From the NCBI GenBank assembly GCA_964016885.1, contig OZ024740.1, positions 289,044,001 to 289,108,000 on the forward strand: a DNA stretch of 64,000 nt. Direction: 5' to 3'. Under the pieces are notes generated by a model. It did not search any database. It had not been told where the DNA came from and worked only from the letters and a program-made list of their open reading frames with translations. Position 1 is the stretch's first letter, and every line of letters starts with the position of its first letter. The translations under genes and the position numbers were made by a program. This document shows, one piece after another, positions 25,127 through 38,340 of this stretch. Source of the stretch: Eledone cirrhosa. Its lineage: Eukaryota.

Positions 25127-26137
25127 CATAACATCATCATTATCACCATTTTACATCTGTGTTCCATACTGGCATAGGTTGGATGGTTGTCATGTTCTGA
25201 GACTAGACAGGTCAGATGACTGTGTCTAGCTCATATGTTCCAGTTTGCCATAGCTTCTACAGTTGGATGTCCTTACTAACACCAACCACTTTACAGTGTG
25301 GGTCGAGTGTATATTATCAGGACACCAGCACTGCTATTGTGTTACAAGGTGGAGTGGGTGCATTTTATTGTGGCACCAACATAAGGGGAAAGAGCCTAAG
25401 GAGAGTTTGGAATTTTAGTTCTCTTCTCTGCCTAACCCAGTAGTATGGTAAGCTATAGTGTCACTTTGAGAGACAAGAGTTAAGAGTCACTGTGAACAGT
25501 GACAGCTTAGGAGAGTTTATGACCTGAGATTCTTAGATTGTCACAGTTCATTTACAGCAGCCCAAACAACCAGTTACAAAGGCATAATACTTTAAAGTGA
25601 GAGAATATTGGTTCAAAAATATTGGTGCAGCTTTTTCTGCTGTACTGAACATTGGGATTTTATATTTTGATTCAGTTTTCACTCTATTGGGAGTTTGTAA
25701 TTTTAGTTTAAGTTACTATTTTTACATTGTGCTGTAAAGTGTTTGTAAAGTGTTCATTCTGGTGATATGATGAAAAAATACCCAGTTCAACCTATCAGTT
25801 GGTCATTTTGGTGCCATGGTAAATGAGGTTGGCATTAGGAAGGGCATCCAACCGTAAAAATCAATCCAGAAATAGTTCTGTATGGGCAAGACACAGTCAT
25901 CATCATCATCATCATCATTTAACGTCCGTCTTCCATGCTAGTGTGGAAAATGGGGGTTAAACAGTGATGACGATGATGATATCATCGATTAATGTCCCTC
26001 TTCCATGCTACCATGGGTTAGACGGGTCCTATCTTGAGGCAAGTTGTTATGGGTGACCGCGTCTCGCTCATATAGGGGTGTTTCTGGCTGGTTTTTCTAT
26101 GGCTGGATGCCCTTCCTAACGCCAACCACATTTACAT

Positions 26138-26139
26138 AT

Positions 26140-26206
<67 letters not shown>
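26138..26206. repeat. (TA)n microsatellite
   Basis: Direct reading. Confidence 0.95.
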
Positions 26207-26210
<4 letters not shown>

Positions 26211-26500
26211 CTAGGATAAGAAAAGGCTGCAAGAAATTTAAAGAGCTGTTACCACTGCTGACAATAAAGGACTTTTCTCTTAGAGTGAAGGGTAAACTGT
26301 ATGATGCCTGTGTGTGAACTGGAATGCTACATTGTAGTGAAATGTGGACCTTGACTGCAGAAGACCTGTGGATGCTAAAAAGAGACAAATTGAGTATGCT
26401 CCGATAGATGTGTTATGTTAATGTGCACGAGTGAGGAATTGGATGTAGTGTGCAAGAGAGAAGACTGCATTAGTATGAACATGTGATGCATATGGAATAT
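26207..26500 (+). mobile_element. RTE LINE RT C-terminal fragment
   Basis: SRIRKGCKKFKELLPLLTIKDFSLRVKGKLYDACV, same family as 15640-18850. Confidence 0.85.
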
Positions 26501-29209
26501 AGCTATTCTCTCCATCACTACACTTCTGCTTCCCAGCACTGGTAAGTGCTACTCCTACCTAATGACCAAACCATCCATGCTCCCCACCACTATCCCCATT
26601 TCAGTGTTCTGAGCATCACATCCCCTTCCACACTCATCACCCTATGAAATCCCACTACATTTGCCATAACGTCATACTTATCTCCCTCATATCACCCCCA
26701 CCCTATAGAGCAGAGAATGCTCTTCTGTTGGGACAGGGCCACAACCTCTCTAATGTTGGTGTCATAAAATGCACCTGGTACACTCTGTAAGGTGGTTGGC
26801 AACAGGAAGGCACTCTGATGTAGTAACCATGTCTAACAAAGGGTTGAGAAAACCCTTCAGTTGTGTCATGATAACTTTTGTGCACTCGGTAGAATGTGAG
26901 ACTGTATGCAAACAAGATGCAGACCCCCCCCCCTCCAGCCTGTCTGAGAGGTCAGTAGCCCCGATGGCAAATAAAAGAAATTATTATTATTGTTGGTATT
27001 GTATAAGAGGGGTGAACAGTAGAGTCAGCAGATCAAATTCCATGTATTTAATCAAATTCTTTTATGTTCTAAGATCAACAGCCACTAGAATCTGCTTTGC
27101 TTTTCATCATTTCAATGTCAATAAAATATAATGCATTCAAGTACATGCACTGGTTTAATTGATTACACTAGTTTTACAAATATTGTGTGGTATTGTGCCT
27201 CATGATGATGATGATGATGATGATGAGCATCATCATCATTATACTAGAGTTGTTGACAGCAGAATTGGAAAATGGCAAAAAATACTTGAAGGTATTTAGT
27301 TATTTTTTTTAACATTTTGACTTAAAATCCTGCAATTCTATAATTCTAAGTGAGTTCAAAGTAAAATTAATGGTTTCAAAATGAGATCAGCACAAAAAGA
27401 TCTGACTATGTTTAAACATCTCTCTCTGACTATGTTTAATTGACATGAACTCACTATGAAATCACTATTCTCACTTTGAAGTGACATGTGCTCGTTTTGA
27501 AGTGAAATGTATTCATTTGTAATAGCAAATGCAGGCGAGGGCTCTTAACTCCTAATTGAGTCATAGGATCTCAGCAATGACATACAGCATGTCTTAACCA
27601 TTTAAACCCAGTAGTGCCCATCTTCTCTAGGTCTGAACACAGGCAATTTCTTCCATGGAAATAGAAAGAAATAAAGAGAGAGAGACAGAGGGATACTTTG
27701 ATACTTTATTTATTGACCGCAAAAGGAAGAAAAACAAAGTCGACATAGATGGGATTTGAAATCAGATTGCAGAGAGCCAGAACAAATACTACTAAGCATT
27801 CTAAAGACTGTCAACTCTCCATCTAGAATTACAAATTCTGTACTACAAATACCACAACTATCACTGCTGCTGCTGCTATTATCAATCATCATTATAGACT
27901 TTGAAGGAAATTATTATTGTCTAGCTACCTGCAAGCAAGTCTGATTTAGTGATATAATTGTATTATTGGTAGTAAATAAGATGTAATGGCCACCACCACT
28001 GATAATAGTTATTCATGTATCAGCTAAAACACCTAGTGTGATTCCTCCTGCTTTATTTTATCTCTTCTTACCATAATTTCCTTGTCTTTGCATTTATCTC
28101 GTTATTGTCTCTGGCAATGACCACTTATCAATTCTCTACTTTGACATTCACAGTAGTCAAAACAACATGCGGTGGTGGAAGTGGGGAGTTCTAACAATGT
28201 CTCACCCCTTCTCTCTTAACATTTAGTGTCTCCACTTTCCTTTTTATGTACACACACACACACACATACACACACACACACATATATATATAAACTATCT
28301 ATTACTCTCTTACTCTCATTCCCTGTTTCTCTCTTTCTCTCTCTCTCTCTAATTATTTATTCACCATTACCCTTTGTTTTTGTTTTAAGACTAAACAATA
28401 ATAAAACAAAGAGTGAGAGAGAATAAACAAGAGAGAGAGAGAGAGAAAGAAAATGATAGAGTAAAAGGGAAATAGTGACAGAGAGGAGGGATAGAAAGGA
28501 AAGGAGAAAAGAAATGAAGAGCAAATGATAGAAAGAGTGAATGACCAAGAACAATAGAGAGTAAATTATTCTGTTGCTACCCCCCCCCCCCCCCTCATTT
28601 ACTCTTTCTACCATTTGCTCTTCATTTCTCTATATCATTTCTTCATTTATTTATTTTATCATCTCTCTCTCTTGTTTAATCTCTATTACTCTTTGTTTTA
28701 TTCTTGTTTGGTCTTTCACTTTCCTGTAATATTTTTTCTCTTTCTCTCATATCGTTTGTTGCTGTTTCTTCTTCCTCCTCCATTCTTCTCTCTCTCTATT
28801 CACCTGTAATTAACCTGTTTCGTGTAGCGCTCTTGCTACTAGAACAGTCTCAGTTTATTAATATTAACTGTGGTTGGTGGTTTCTCCAGAGGACCAGCAG
28901 CAGTTTTGATCAGTTTTGTCAACCAGCTTATCAATGGTGTGTGTCTGTGCAGCATGTGAATCAGATGATGTTTGATATAACCAAAAACCTTACCCATCTG
29001 TCAGATACTTTCATAACTCTTGCCTTCCTATTTTTCTTCAAGGTAGGCCTGACAGGTGTGTGTGTGGTGTGTGGGAATGTAGTGACTTCTATGGTTTACT
29101 GCTGAAATGGAATCCTCTCAAATAAGAAGAATAAATTACTTACAGAGTTTCAGTTTAGAAGTTCAGAAATATGGTCTTCGTATATCAGGAATACCATACA
29201 GATTTGCCA

Positions 29210-29241
29210 GTCGTCGTCGTCATCATCGTCATCATCACCAC

Positions 29242-29287
<46 letters not shown>

Positions 29288-29419
29288 TTCTTCTTCTTCT
29301 TCTTCTTCTTCTTCTTCTTCTTCTTCTTCTTCTTCTTCTTCTTCTTCTTCTTCTTCTTCTTCTTCTTCTTCTTCTTCTTCTTCTTCTTCTTCTTGCTGCT
29401 GCTGCTGCTGCTGCTGCTG
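29210..29419. repeat. Compound trinucleotide microsatellite (CGT)-(CAT)-(CTT)-(CTG)
   Basis: Direct reading. Confidence 0.97.
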
Positions 29420-29424
29420 TAATG

Positions 29425-29838
29425 CAGTAGGTTGGCAGAATCGTTAGCATGTTAGACAAACTGCTTTGCGGTATTTGTTCTGGGATTTTTACATTCTCAT
29501 TCAAATTCCGCTTAGGTCAACTTTGCCTGTCATCCTTCCGGGGTCAATAAAAAAAATGTACCAGTCAAGTACTCCTGTGATTTAATAAACTTTCCCCCCC
29601 ATCCTTACAAAATTACTGGTCTTGTGTCTAAATTAGAAATCATTATTATGGTTATTATTGGATATTATTATAGGGCGGTGGATTGGCAGTATCGGTAGAG
29701 GGGCCCTTCATGGTCTGAGCTCAAATCCCGCCGAGGTTAACTTTGCCTTTCATCCTTACGGGGTCGATAAAATAAAGTACCAGTAATCCACTGGGTAATT
29801 GCTGGCCTTGTGCCGAAAGTAGAAACAATTATTACTAT
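29425..29838 (+). mobile_element. Old Deu/Nin-core SINE followed by a young, internally deleted copy (29673-29835)
   Basis: B-box and core motifs as in the 10860 cluster. Confidence 0.85.
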
Positions 29839-30580
29839 TAAAGGTGGTATGGGGAGTAGATGGTAGAATCAGTTCTTTGCAGTAGTTAGTTACATTGCCT
29901 TTACCCAAGATATATTTATCAATTATTCCTATTACCTCCCCCATTCTATTCCTCCTCATAGTGTAGAGAGAGACCTTCAGCCAAGTTTATGACTGATAAC
30001 TTTTCTAGTGCTGGTCTCACGAAATAAGTGCCCAGCCAGCATATAAGAAGGGCCTCCAGCTGTTGAAACCATGCCCAAAAGGGCTGAGAGGATCCTCGTG
30101 TCATGACATGACAACCTCACTAGTTCTGGTACCATAAATAATGCACCGAGTACAACCTGTAAAGTAGTTAGTGATAGGAAGGGGATCCAGCTGTAGAAGC
30201 CATGCCAAAAACAGATTCAAAAGATTCTTCAGTTTCGTCAAGGGTTGATAAAATAAAAGATCAGTCAAGTATTAGAGTCAATTTAATCAACCCAGTCATC
30301 CTCTTCAAAAATAGAATTTTCTGGCTTTGTGTCTGTTAGAAACGATTAATATTGTTATATTGGTAGACTGAATGCTTTTCAATATTTTGTTTTGTTCTTC
30401 TATAGTTTTAGTTTAATCTATGTCTGAATCAACATTGCTTTTCATTCCTCTGGAGTTAATAAAATAAGTACCAGGCACATTTGGCAAGGTAGGAGGAGAG
30501 TGGATAGCTGATTATATTCCTCTCCTACACATATGTGGCCTTTTATTCATGCAAGGTATCATCATTATTATTATTGCTAA

Positions 30581-30985
30581 GGGCGGTGGATTGGCAGTAT
30601 CGGTAGAGGGTCGGACGCCATGCTTTCCAGCATAGTTACGTCCCTTTACGATCTGAGTTCAAATCCCGCCGAGGTTGACTTTGCCTTTCATCCTTACGGG
30701 GTCGATAAAATAAAGTACCAGTAATGCACTGGGTAATTGCTGGCCTTGTGCCTAAAGTAGAGACAATTATTATTGTTGCTAACAATAATAATGATGATAC
30801 CTTGCAGTATCGGTAGAGGACGCCATGCTTTGCAGCATAGAGTTACGGCCTTTTACGGTCTGAGTTCAAATCCTGCCGAGGTTAACTTTGCCTTTCATCC
30901 TTACGGGGTTGATAAAATAAAGTACCAGTAATACACTGGGGTAATTACTGTCCTTGTGCCAAAAGTAGAAACAATTATTATTGTT
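30581..30985 (+). mobile_element. Two young Deu/Nin-core SINE copies (30581-30775, 30803-30985)
   Basis: Near-identical to the 11499 and 11292 copies; flanked by (ATT)n. Confidence 0.92.
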
Positions 30986-31399
30986 TGTGAATATCAATAT
31001 TATTACTATTACTATATTAATGAACATTATTATTATTACTATGACAACAAACATCATCATCATCTTTATTATTCTCATGATAATGATCATTATTATTTTG
31101 TATTAACTTTACTCCACTGTTTATATTCATCACTTGTGTCATCATCCAATGACAGACATAGAGCAAGATTATCTCAAGATTATTATTATTAGGTCAGTGG
31201 ACAACAGTGGATTGGCAGAATTGTTAAACAGTCAGACAAAAGCTTAGTAGTATTTGTTCCAGTTCTTTACATTCTCAGTTCAAATCTTACTCAGGTCAAC
31301 TTTGCCTTTTATTCTTCTGGGGTCAATAAAATAAAGTATCAGTCAACTTCTGAAGTGGAATTAATTTATTTTGTTCACTTCCAAAATGACTGGTCCTGT

Positions 31400-32290
31400 G
31401 CATCATCATCATCATCATCATTTAACGTCCATTTTCGATGCTTGCATGGGTTAGACAGGTTGTCACGTTATGAGACAAAGTCAAGTCCAGAGACCACATC
31501 TTGCTCATATGGATCTGTGTTTTGGCTTGGTTTCTATGGCTAGATGCCCTTCCTAACACCTACCACTTTACAGTGTGAACTGGGTGCTTTTTGTCGTGTT
31601 ACCAACACGTCCTTCTTACAGTGTAAACTGGGTGCTTTTTTCTTGTGTCACCATTACGATCTCCTTATAGAATGGACTGGGTGCTTTTGTTGTTGTGGTG
31701 CTAGATCTGAATACAAGGTGAACTTTGTGAATTTTATCAAGGCACAGCATTTAGGGAGGTCAGATATCGAGTGTGTCCAGCTTTTATGGGCTGGACAAGT
31801 GAGGTGAATCAGTGATGGTAGGTGGTAAGATAGGTATGTGGGATATTTAGGTGTGAAAGGGGTATTAAGGCAGGGGGTGGGGTGCAAGGGCAGAGGGTTG
31901 CTGCCGACTAGTGTGTCCCCTGCATCTTTGTTTCATTTCATTTTGTGCACATGGGGCTGGGGGTCTTCATCAGTACAGCATGATGTCAGAGGTCTTAATC
32001 CTGTGTTAATATCCTTTGTGAGGTTTAATTGAACAAGGTCAGCTTTTATCACTTCATTCCAAATTTTCCTGGGTCTTTCTTTTCCATAGTTACTATCAGC
32101 TTTGAGTGCCCTGCACCTCTTTATTCAGCTGTTGCCCTCCATATGTATCACATGTCCAAACCACTGCAATCTCCTCTTCTATACATTGTATTTGACCCCA
32201 CCTATGCCTTGTTTCTTTCTCAGTTCACTGATACTTTTTTGTCCATGCACACTACTATTACACATCCATTAGAGCATGTGGGCTTCAGTT
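31400..32290 (-). mobile_element. Bipartite RTE-derived element plus decayed RTE RT 3' fragment
   Basis: catcat...tttaacgtccattttcgatgcttgcatgggttagacagg and gatgcccttcctaacacc. The segment 32130-32285 resembles the LRWYGHV region of the LINE. Confidence 0.7.
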
Positions 32291-33018
32291 CTTTAGGTCA
32301 GTGGAGTAAAAAAAACAGTTGAACATCAGATACAATATCTTGTGTTATTTAGTTTTGTTACTTTACATTCCAAGTTCAAATCCAATCAGAGTTGACTTTG
32401 TTCTTCAGCTCCCCATGTCCAATAAAATAACAATTAATAACACACTAGAGCCAATTCAATCCATTACACCCATTCTGTACATGTTTGTGGCTATGTGCCA
32501 AAGTCAAAAGTCACTGTTAGTTGTACTACTATTACTGCTACCACCACCACCTCTAATAAAATCTTTACAACCTCACTCATTGCCATCATTACCACAACCC
32601 ATAACATCATCTTCACCACTGCCATCACCAGAACTCAAAAAATTGGAACAAAAACCACAAGGTATCTATTGCTCTAACAATTCTGCTTTTCCACCAACTC
32701 TGGTCTAGTATTTTGTTTTATTGGACCTGGAAGGATGAAAATCAAAGTTACCCTCTGTGGGATTTAAACTTGCTACAAGGCATTTTATCATATTTAATGA
32801 CTACCAACTAGCTGTCCAAAGAATCAATGAATTCATGTTGTGTATGACTTGAGGAAAGTGATATTGATGATGACAAATAATTATAGAATAACATCTGAAC
32901 TATTAAATAGTTTCAGTAGTTCTAAAAACGTAACCTCCCTTGTATTCTATGTCTTTATTATTCTATATTTGATGTGACTGCTTTAAATCAAAAGAAATGT
33001 ATTTATTTTCTTTTACAG

Positions 33019-33162
33019 GATCAATTCGTGCGGAATCAATAGCTGCATCTCGTGTGGAGCATGCTTTGTCTGAAGTGGCTTCTTCTATGAACAGTTCCTA
33101 CGTCCCTCGTCATGGTTCCCAACAGATTTGGATGCTACAAGCTCAGATATGGTTACATTTAG
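33019..33162 (+). CDS. TTC7B: TTC7-like exon D
   Basis: Acceptor ttttcttttacag, donor gtactg. GSIRAESIAASRVEHALSEVASSMNSSYVPRHGSQQIWMLQAQIWLHL matches TTC7B GSVHATSVAASRVEQALSEVASS...AQIWLH. 144 nt. Confidence 0.96.
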
Positions 33163-36100
33163 GTACTGATCTACTGATCTTTTTATAATAATTTACTTCT
33201 AATATTATTTAATCACTGGCTAAATCAACTTCTTTGTTTTTGTTATGGAGGGAAACAAATATTTTCATAGTATTGCTAAATCCTGTTTTGGTATATAGCC
33301 AGGGAACTTATTAATTTGGAGCACTTAGAACAACAACAACAGCAACAATATACTAGTATCAAATTAATTCCAGAATGTTTATATTCTTACACATACACAA
33401 ATACACTTGTATATACAGGCACATAGCCACACACATATATACTGGGCGTTTCAGAAAATGTAAACACTGTTTATAGTATCATATTTATTATATGTTATGC
33501 TTTTTCTCTCTTTTTCTATCTAGCTCTCTTGTTTTGCGTGTGTATACACACACACAGTGAGAGAAAGAGTATTACTAACATTTTTATAATATTTATATGT
33601 ACAAATTCTGTGTACATATTTAAAAGACACCTGTGAACATTTGTTGTAGAATCAGTGATAGAAATACTTATATTGCCTATTTGGTTATTTTTTATAACAA
33701 TAATTCCACTATATTTCCATCGTACCAGAGATCGCTTTTTTCTTTTGAAATGTTAGAACAAGTTATTGCTGTTGTTATCCATCCCATTTTTAATGGGTAT
33801 ATATGATTATATTATCTAATGTGTCCTTTCCTTATTTAAGCTGGTAGAGTTTGATTTGAAGAATATTTAGTTGCTATTTCTAACAGGTTGAGCAGCCATG
33901 TAGAGGCTCCATCTTTCAGCTGAATCTTAATCACTGAACCATAAAATGTAATTAGGACCTAATTTTAGTTGGAAATAAACATAATAGCCAAACCATAGTT
34001 TAATCTTTTTGATACCAAACTACCAAAAACCTAGTTCTTTGTTGAATATTTCTTTCTTCTGGAATGAGTCCTATAGAAGTAAGGTCAGAGAGCTTAATCA
34101 AGCCTCAATTTCTTGTGGGAGCTATTTTATTTCATTTATGTTATTAAAGCTCTGAGGAAAGATCTGAATATCACATCTCAACACTTTACTATATACATTT
34201 GGCTTGTGCTTTTTCCTCTAATCAACATCCTCATGCTTGATGCTGTTATGGCTCCCATATGTGTAAGTTTAGCCAGTCCCTATAAGGTTGCATCTCATAG
34301 GAGCTTTCTTATGTGTTTTAATAATAGAAGTGCCAGTCTTATTGTACCATGAGTTTTCTGGTGAAGGGGGATATATTTGAAGTCAGAACATATACTACAA
34401 AGCATCCAACCCAATGCTCTAACAGCTATGTCAATCTATTACTCTGGATTGGTATTTTATTTATCAATCTTGAAAGGATGGAAGGTGAAATTGATCTCAA
34501 CAGGATTTAAATTCAGAGCACAGAGCAAAACAAATACTGCAAACATTTAATCCAGTGCGTTAGTGATTGTCAATTCGTCAATTTGCTTTTTGTGGGTGTG
34601 TAACTCTAAAAATTAGATCTTAAAGTCTGCATGTCGTATTCTAAAGTGAACTAGATATATACTTTGTTGATGAAGATTTGACTACTACAACTATCTATGT
34701 AACTGCACCCTATAAGTAATTTAGTAAAATGACATTACTATTGCACTGTGATGTTTTTTATATTAAAAAGAAAACTGAGAAAGTTCAAACAACAATTAAA
34801 GCAATGCAGTTGTCATATTAGCTTGCTTGATAAAAGAAAGCAAGACTTGGTGACTGCTTTCAAAGTTACTAGATGGCTTATAGAATGGGTCTCTATATTT
34901 GCTCATATTCTATGAAGTAATTAGCTGCTAATCCAAAATGCCACAATGAAAAATATGATGATATGATAAATATTCAGTATATTAAATTTGTATATTAAAC
35001 TTAGATGAATCATAAAACTGTAGGTGAAGGTTTTATATGAACCAGGATGATCTAGTTATTAAAAATCTGGTATGAGAAAATAGGAGGAAGCACAAGATAG
35101 TAGCATGAATATTAGTTGAAAAATAATGATAATACATGTGAATGTGTAAAGTGGTTCAGAAGTTTCACTAGAATCATGGCAACCTTGACCAGAATGAATC
35201 CATTATAAGAAAGTGATGCCAGGCTCCATTATATAATGTATTGATTCTTTCGAATACATGTTGGCATGCATCTGGGTTCCTTTGTAGTTAAATATGGCTA
35301 ACTATAGAACTGTTCAGCAACTGCTGTTTGCTCTTTTCTTCAATTGAATTAAATCGAGAAAGAAAGAAGGAGAGGAATTTCCATACAATGAAATGTTTGA
35401 AAAATCTCTATAGCTCTTTGGTTTGGATAATGTCATTTCTGACAAACTGTTTCGTCAATGTTGCTTCTATTTTAAATATGCCCCCCCCCCCCCCCCACAC
35501 ACATTTCCCTGCATACTTTATTCTTTCCTTTCCCAGCCCTATTTTCTGATTTCTTGCTTGCCACCTCCCCTCCTTCCTACCACCATCTTTCATTTCTCTT
35601 TTATTTATTCATTCAGTCATTTGTTTATATCCCACCCACCCTTTGCAACCACTGCAACCGTCGCTACCTCAGCTTTGCCATTGCTATTGTCCTCCAAAAT
35701 AACATCAAGTCAGACAACATCATGTTATTTTGCCAGTGTGAATACAAAACAAATGCTGGGATGTTGAGAAGTACTTCCCAGTCCTCTAACTAGCTTCTTT
35801 CACCAGTCTGACTTGTCTATTCAGTCCTCATATTGGCTGTTTCAATGCTCCATAATTGCGTTTTCTCTATTAATACAGATGCAATCAAGTCTGGCTTGTC
35901 TCTCTGACAAATAACTGATATTTCTGTTTTGTTTTTGGCCTTGGAACATTTTCTTTTATTACCCCTCTTGTTCTCTCCTCTCACAAGATCTACGCTCCAT
36001 GGTTCTGGCATTCTTACACAATAGCTCCATGCAGTAGAAACTATCGAACTGTTTGTTTTGTTATGGCAAAATGAATTCAATCAAGATTAGATTTATATAG

Positions 36101-36784
36101 ACTTATGTTTTTTTTGTTTTTTTTTGTGTGTGCTGATTTCTCTTTCTTCTTTCACCTCATCCCCATCTTCTTTATCACCATCCTTCTTATCTTCTTCCCT
36201 CTCCACCTTTGTCTTTTCTTTTCCTTCTCCATCTTCATCTTCTTTGCTTTTCTTTCTTTCTTTCTTTCTTTCTTCTTCTTCTTCTTCTTCTTCTTCTTCT
36301 TCTTCTTCTTCTTCTTCTTCTCCCCACCTCTTGTGGTTTATTCCAAGAACCATTGAAGGGTAAGTATTGTGGTATTAGTGGTGGTTGATTATTAATACAA
36401 TTAGGCAAACATTGATTGATTGCAAGAGGCACCCTTTTGTTTTGTTTTACTCACTGAGATGTGATGTCTTAACATAGAATAAACAAACACAATAGTGATG
36501 ATGATAGTGATGATGATGATGATGATGGTAGTGGTGATCAAGAGGAGAAGGAGGTAGAGGAAGAAAATAGATTTAGCCTAGAGACAAACATTTGATTTAT
36601 TGGATATTTTTTCCTTTTTTGTCAGTTCAAAATACGTCAATAGATTGCACTTTAGAATGTACCAATGCAGCTGAATATTTTTAATAATAATAATGATGAC
36701 GATGGTGGTGGTTGTGGTGGTAGTGATGGTGATGGTGATGGTGATGATAAAGATAATGGTGATGATGATGATGATGATAATGAC

Positions 36785-38340
36785 AAGCCCAGAAGTTTGA
36801 ACACTGCTTGGATTGACTATAAAAATGCATTTGATAGTGTTCCCCACTCATGGATTTTGGAAACTTTGGATGTTCTGAAAATTTCTCCAGTAATATCAAA
36901 CTTCCTGAAATACAACATGCCAGTATGGAATACAAATCTGTCACTGTCACACAGCAACATAAGCATTAACTATGGTATTTTTCAGAGGGATTCATTCTCT
37001 CCCTTGATATTTTACATTGCACTCACACTGCTGTCTCTAGCACTCAACAAAACGAAATATGGCTACAAAATAGACAGCAAAACCATAAATCATCTATTTT
37101 ATATGGATGATTTGAAACTATATGCCAAAAATGACAGCAAATTGGAAGGACTGTCGAATACAGTTAAGGGGTTCAGCAATGGTGTAGGGATGGCATTTGG
37201 ATTAGAAAAATGTGCAAAAACAACATTCAAGAAAGGCAGAATGATAATCACAAACTCAATGGAAATATATGTGAATACAATAATTAAGAAACCAAAACAG
37301 GAACAACCCTACAGATATCTAGGGATCAATGAAGGCCAAGGTATTCACCATACCAGTGTGAAAAAGAGAATCAGGAAGGAATGCTACCAGAGAATCCATG
37401 CTGACTTGAAAACTGAGCTCAACTCAAAGAATAAAATATCTGACATAAATGTGCTTGCAGTTCCAGTTGTCATCTATAGTTTCAATAGCATAAATTGGAA
37501 CATTAATGAAATAAAGAAAATGGACACCAAAATCAAGACGCTACTAAACTGTAATAAGCTACATCTCCCAAGAGCAGATGTGGATCTCCTCTATCTCCCT
37601 AAATAAAATGGAGGTAGAAGAATGATCTAGCTTGAGCTGTCAAGCAAAATATCAATCACTGGACTTGAAACTACAGATGACTGGATGCTGAAAATAGTTG
37701 CAGTTCATGAAAGGAAGAAGAGGTTACATTCAATCACAAAGGAAAGTAGTTTGTGGAAAAATTGAGAATACTTTTTTAAAATGATGGCAATTTTGCAATT
37801 GAGGCTGCAGAGAGCATCAAAATGTTGGCAAAACATGCAGGTCAATGGAAACTGTGCATTAAATGAGAGCCAAAACCACTGCTTGGGCAGTATGTTCTCT
37901 GTAGCAAAACACTTTCGCATCTGTGGCTGTAGAGTTCTGAGATAAAAGCAAAGAGTGAGGGCTTCATTTTGGCTGCACAAGACAAGTGTCTTTCAACAAT
38001 CAACTTTCAAGTCAATATGATCAGAAATAGAACTGACCCAAAGTGTCGATTCTGTGATGAACATGTGGAGACCATTGACAACCAGGTATCAGGTTGCAAA
38101 GTATTAACTCCCCAGGAATATAAAACAAGGCATGATAGAGTAAGGCAATATTTACACTGGGTAATATGCAGGTTTTATGGTATAAAAACAGGGAAATGGT
38201 ATGACCATCACCCTGATGCAGTAACAGGATGCAAGAATGGGAAAATCCTATGGGATTTCCCTGTGAACACTAACAGAACAATCAAGGTCAACAGACCTGA
38301 TATAATTGTGAATGACTATAAAAAGAAAACATGCTTTTGA
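36785..38340 (+). mobile_element. R4/Dong-clade retrotransposon (RT + CCHC + restriction-like endonuclease), truncated and decayed
   Basis: WIDYKNAFDSVPHSW, GIFQRDSFSPL, HLFYMDDLKLY, FGLEKC, YRYLG, LYLPK*.GGR, then AAQD, KCRFC..HVETI...SGC, RHDRV, ILWDF, NRPDIIV. Confidence 0.92.

Noticed and set aside
29107-29504. Poly-His/Leu/Arg/Phe ORFs
   Set aside because: Translations of the compound trinucleotide repeat.
36665-36785. Acidic/Gly N-terminal domain on the R4 ORF
   Set aside because: It is a flanking (GAT/GGT)n microsatellite that happens to be in frame.
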